Assembly (NCBI GenBank): GCA_963803975.1
Contig: CAWDOY010000003.1
Location: 32,001 to 96,000, forward strand
Origin: an uncultured delta proteobacterium
GTDB taxonomy: Bacteria; Desulfobacterota; WTBG01; CAIYCZ01
Direction: 5' to 3'
DNA: 64,000 nucleotides
The notes under the pieces were generated by a model that made no database searches, was not told where the DNA came from, and worked only from the letters and a program-made list of their open reading frames with translations. Within the stretch, counting starts at the first letter, position 1, and each line of letters begins with the position of its first letter. Shown here in pieces: positions 61,920-64,000 of this stretch. A program made the translations under genes and the position numbers.

Positions 61920-64000
61920 GTGAATAATAAATTTCTGTGCATTCACGGCCACTTCTACCAGCCGCCGCGGGAAAATCCCTGGATTGAAGAAATAGAGAAG
62001 CAGGAGAACGCTGCTCCCTGCCATGACTGGAATGAACGGATTCTCAGGGAATGCTATGAGCCAAACTGCTATGCCCGGATTGTGGACGGGGGCAGCAGGA
62101 TCATAGATATGGTAAACAATTATGAGCTGATGAGCTTTAATTTCGGGCCCACGCTGTTAAGCTGGCTGGAAAAAAAAGCCCCCGCCATCTATCTGCAAAT
62201 TCTTGATGCTGATAAGAAAAGCGTCAAGCGTCTGAAGCACGGCAATGCCATAGCCCAGGCCTATAATCATATGATACTGCCCCTGGCAAATGAACGGGAC
62301 CGGGAGACGCAGATTGTATGGGGGATTGAAGATTTCAGGCACCGGTTCAACCGCGACCCGGAAGGCATGTGGCTGCCGGAGACCGCGGTCAACGTAGCAA
62401 CCATTGCAGCGCTCATTGAGCAGGGGCTGAAATTTATTATTCTTTCTCCTCTCCAGGCACAGCGGGTGCGGCCTTTGCAGGGCGGGCAGTGGAAAGATGC
62501 CGCAGGCAACGCCATGGACACGACATGTGCCTATCGCTGTTTTCTCAAACAATCTGATGGAACCAGTATTGATACTAAGCATATTGATGTTTTCTTCTAC
62601 GATGGGGCAATTTCAGGAGAGATAAGCTTCGGTAATTTACTGGCTGACGGAAGACGCTTTGCAGATCGTCTGAACCTGGCGTGCAGCCCGGATAGGGGCG
62701 GGGCGCAGCTTATCAACGTGGCGACCGACGGCGAAACCTACGGCCACCATAAGAAGTTCGGTGAGATGGCGCTGGCGTATGCGCTGCGCACAGCAATAAC
62801 AGAGTACGGATTTCAGCTCACAAATTACGGGGCCTTTCTTGAGCAGTTCCCTCCGGAATACGAAGTTGAGCTGAACACCGGCGCAGGTGATGAAGGCACG
62901 TCCTGGAGCTGTGCGCATGGTGTCGGGCGCTGGCAGGAGAACTGCGGCTGCAGGATCGACTGGCAGGGCACCTGGAACCAGAAATGGAGAAAAACGCTGC
63001 GCGAGGCTATGAACGTTTTGCGCGACCGGCTGGCAGAAATATTTGAACGGGAAGGTGCGCATTATTTCAGCAGCCCCTGGGCAGCGCGGAATGAATACAT
63101 AAGCATGATCGTGGATCGGAGCTTTGAAAGCAGGGAGCGCTTCTTCATGCTCAATGCTGCTCGAGACCTCAAGGCTGAAGAGCAGGTCAGGGCTTTGAAA
63201 CTGCTGGAGATGCAGCGCAATGCCCAGCTCATGTTTACCAGCTGCGGCTGGTTCTTTGATGATATATCGGGGCTTGAAGCCACACAGATTCTTAAATATG
63301 CTGACCGGGCGCTGCAGCTTGCGGAAACATTTACCGGGCATGATATCGCGACACCTTTTCTGGAAAAGCTGTCGCAGGCACAAAGCAATGTCCCTGGTAT
63401 TGGCACCGGCAGGGACATGTATGTGCGGGATATTAAACCGGGCCGGATCAGTATGGAAAAATTGCTGAACCAGTTTGCTCTGATGTCAGCCTTTGATGCG
63501 GCCTCCGAGAGGAAACAGCACATTTATAATTATTCAGTAAAAGTGATGGAATATGAAAAGCAGGAGCGTGCGCAATCATTCCTCATAACGGGGCGTGTCA
63601 GAATGACTTCCGGGGTTACCATAGAGACACAGGAATTCTTCTATGCGCTGGCATATCTGGGGAGCTACTATTTCAGATGTGTCATCGGGCAGATAATTAC
63701 CGGCGTGGACTACAAGCCGGCAAAAGATGAACTGCTGTCTTGTTTTGTTGAGGATCCTGAAGCAATAGTGCAGAAAATGACCGAAATGTTTGGAGAGCAC
63801 TATTATACGCTGCGGGATATGATGCAGGAAGACCGGCAGCAGATACTGCAGATGCTCATTAGTAACAGGCTCGAAGCATATGAACACACTATCGCCCGGG
63901 TGTATGATGAGAACCGGGAGACGATAGAGGGAGCGATTAAAGAGGGATTACGTATTCCTCTTGAGTTTCAGGCTGCAGCCGAGCATACGCTGGGCAGGAG
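61920..64000 (+). CDS. GH57 / DUF3536 glycoside hydrolase (partial, runs off the window)
   Basis: GTG start; HGHFYQPPRENPW, GMWLPETA, ATDGETYGHH, SWSCAHGVGRW and MFTSCGWFFD motifs; same frame at both ends. Confidence 0.92.
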   Translation, partial: MNNKFLCIHGHFYQPPRENPWIEEIEKQENAAPCHDWNERILRECYEPNCYARIVDGGSRIIDMVNNYELMSFNFGPTLLSWLEKKAPAIYLQILDADKKSVKRLKHGNAIAQAYNHMILPLANERDRETQIVWGIEDFRHRFNRDPEGMWLPETAVNVATIAALIEQGLKFIILSPLQAQRVRPLQGGQWKDAAGNAMDTTCAYRCFLKQSDGTSIDTKHIDVFFYDGAISGEISFGNLLADGRRFADRLNLACSPDRGGAQLINVATDGETYGHHKKFGEMALAYALRTAITEYGFQLTNYGAFLEQFPPEYEVELNTGAGDEGTSWSCAHGVGRWQENCGCRIDWQGTWNQKWRKTLREAMNVLRDRLAEIFEREGAHYFSSPWAARNEYISMIVDRSFESRERFFMLNAARDLKAEEQVRALKLLEMQRNAQLMFTSCGWFFDDISGLEATQILKYADRALQLAETFTGHDIATPFLEKLSQAQSNVPGIGTGRDMYVRDIKPGRISMEKLLNQFALMSAFDAASERKQHIYNYSVKVMEYEKQERAQSFLITGRVRMTSGVTIETQEFFYALAYLGSYYFRCVIGQIITGVDYKPAKDELLSCFVEDPEAIVQKMTEMFGEHYYTLRDMMQEDRQQILQMLISNRLEAYEHTIARVYDENRETIEGAIKEGLRIPLEFQAAAEHTLGR

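Noticed and set aside
1..64000. tRNA/rRNA genes, prophage, integrase, selenoprotein recoding
   Set aside because: None recognised; the gene breaks examined are frame changes rather than in-frame TGA codons.

Overview
Bacterial chromosomal window, probably from an anaerobic Gram-negative of the Desulfobacterota/'Deltaproteobacteria' type (inferred from gene content only). Layout: (1) 0.1-2.1 kb: orphan MNT nucleotidyltransferase with a HEPN remnant, an AbrB-VapC toxin-antitoxin pair and an alpha/beta hydrolase. (2) 2.3-9.8 kb: 11-gene Mrp/Mnh cation:H+ antiporter operon lacking a full MrpA. (3) 10-44 kb: an accessory catabolic region. It holds a GldF-GldG-like fusion, a UbiD-family (de)carboxylase, an aldehyde:ferredoxin oxidoreductase, a tandem pair of COG1233 flavoproteins with a small partner and an SDR, and a tandem pair of VAO/PCMH-type FAD oxidoreductases. 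It also has two YCF48 + MMPL/RND + DUF1302-like barrel + DUF1329 envelope modules, each with a copper-less cupredoxin-fold gene, plus TetR and a NarL/HisKA_3 two-component system whose kinase follows a third DUF1329 paralog. (4) 44.5-53 kb: housekeeping genes (nadK, recN, short argA, mnmE-jag-yidC-yidD-rnpA-rpmH). (5) 53-64 kb: MFS and AGCS transporters, a P-loop kinase, MacAB-like efflux, glgA and a partial GH57/DUF3536 gene. About 17 genes, including essential rnpA and yidC, carry indels that look like sequencing errors. I found no rRNA, tRNA, CRISPR array, integrase or transposase. The best candidate new system is a hydrophobic-substrate import and sensing circuit: a five-component envelope module and a DUF1329 paralog possibly acting as kinase co-sensor, feeding an anaerobic hydroxylation, alcohol, aldehyde, acid pathway. 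All family assignments come from motif recognition by eye, not database searches.
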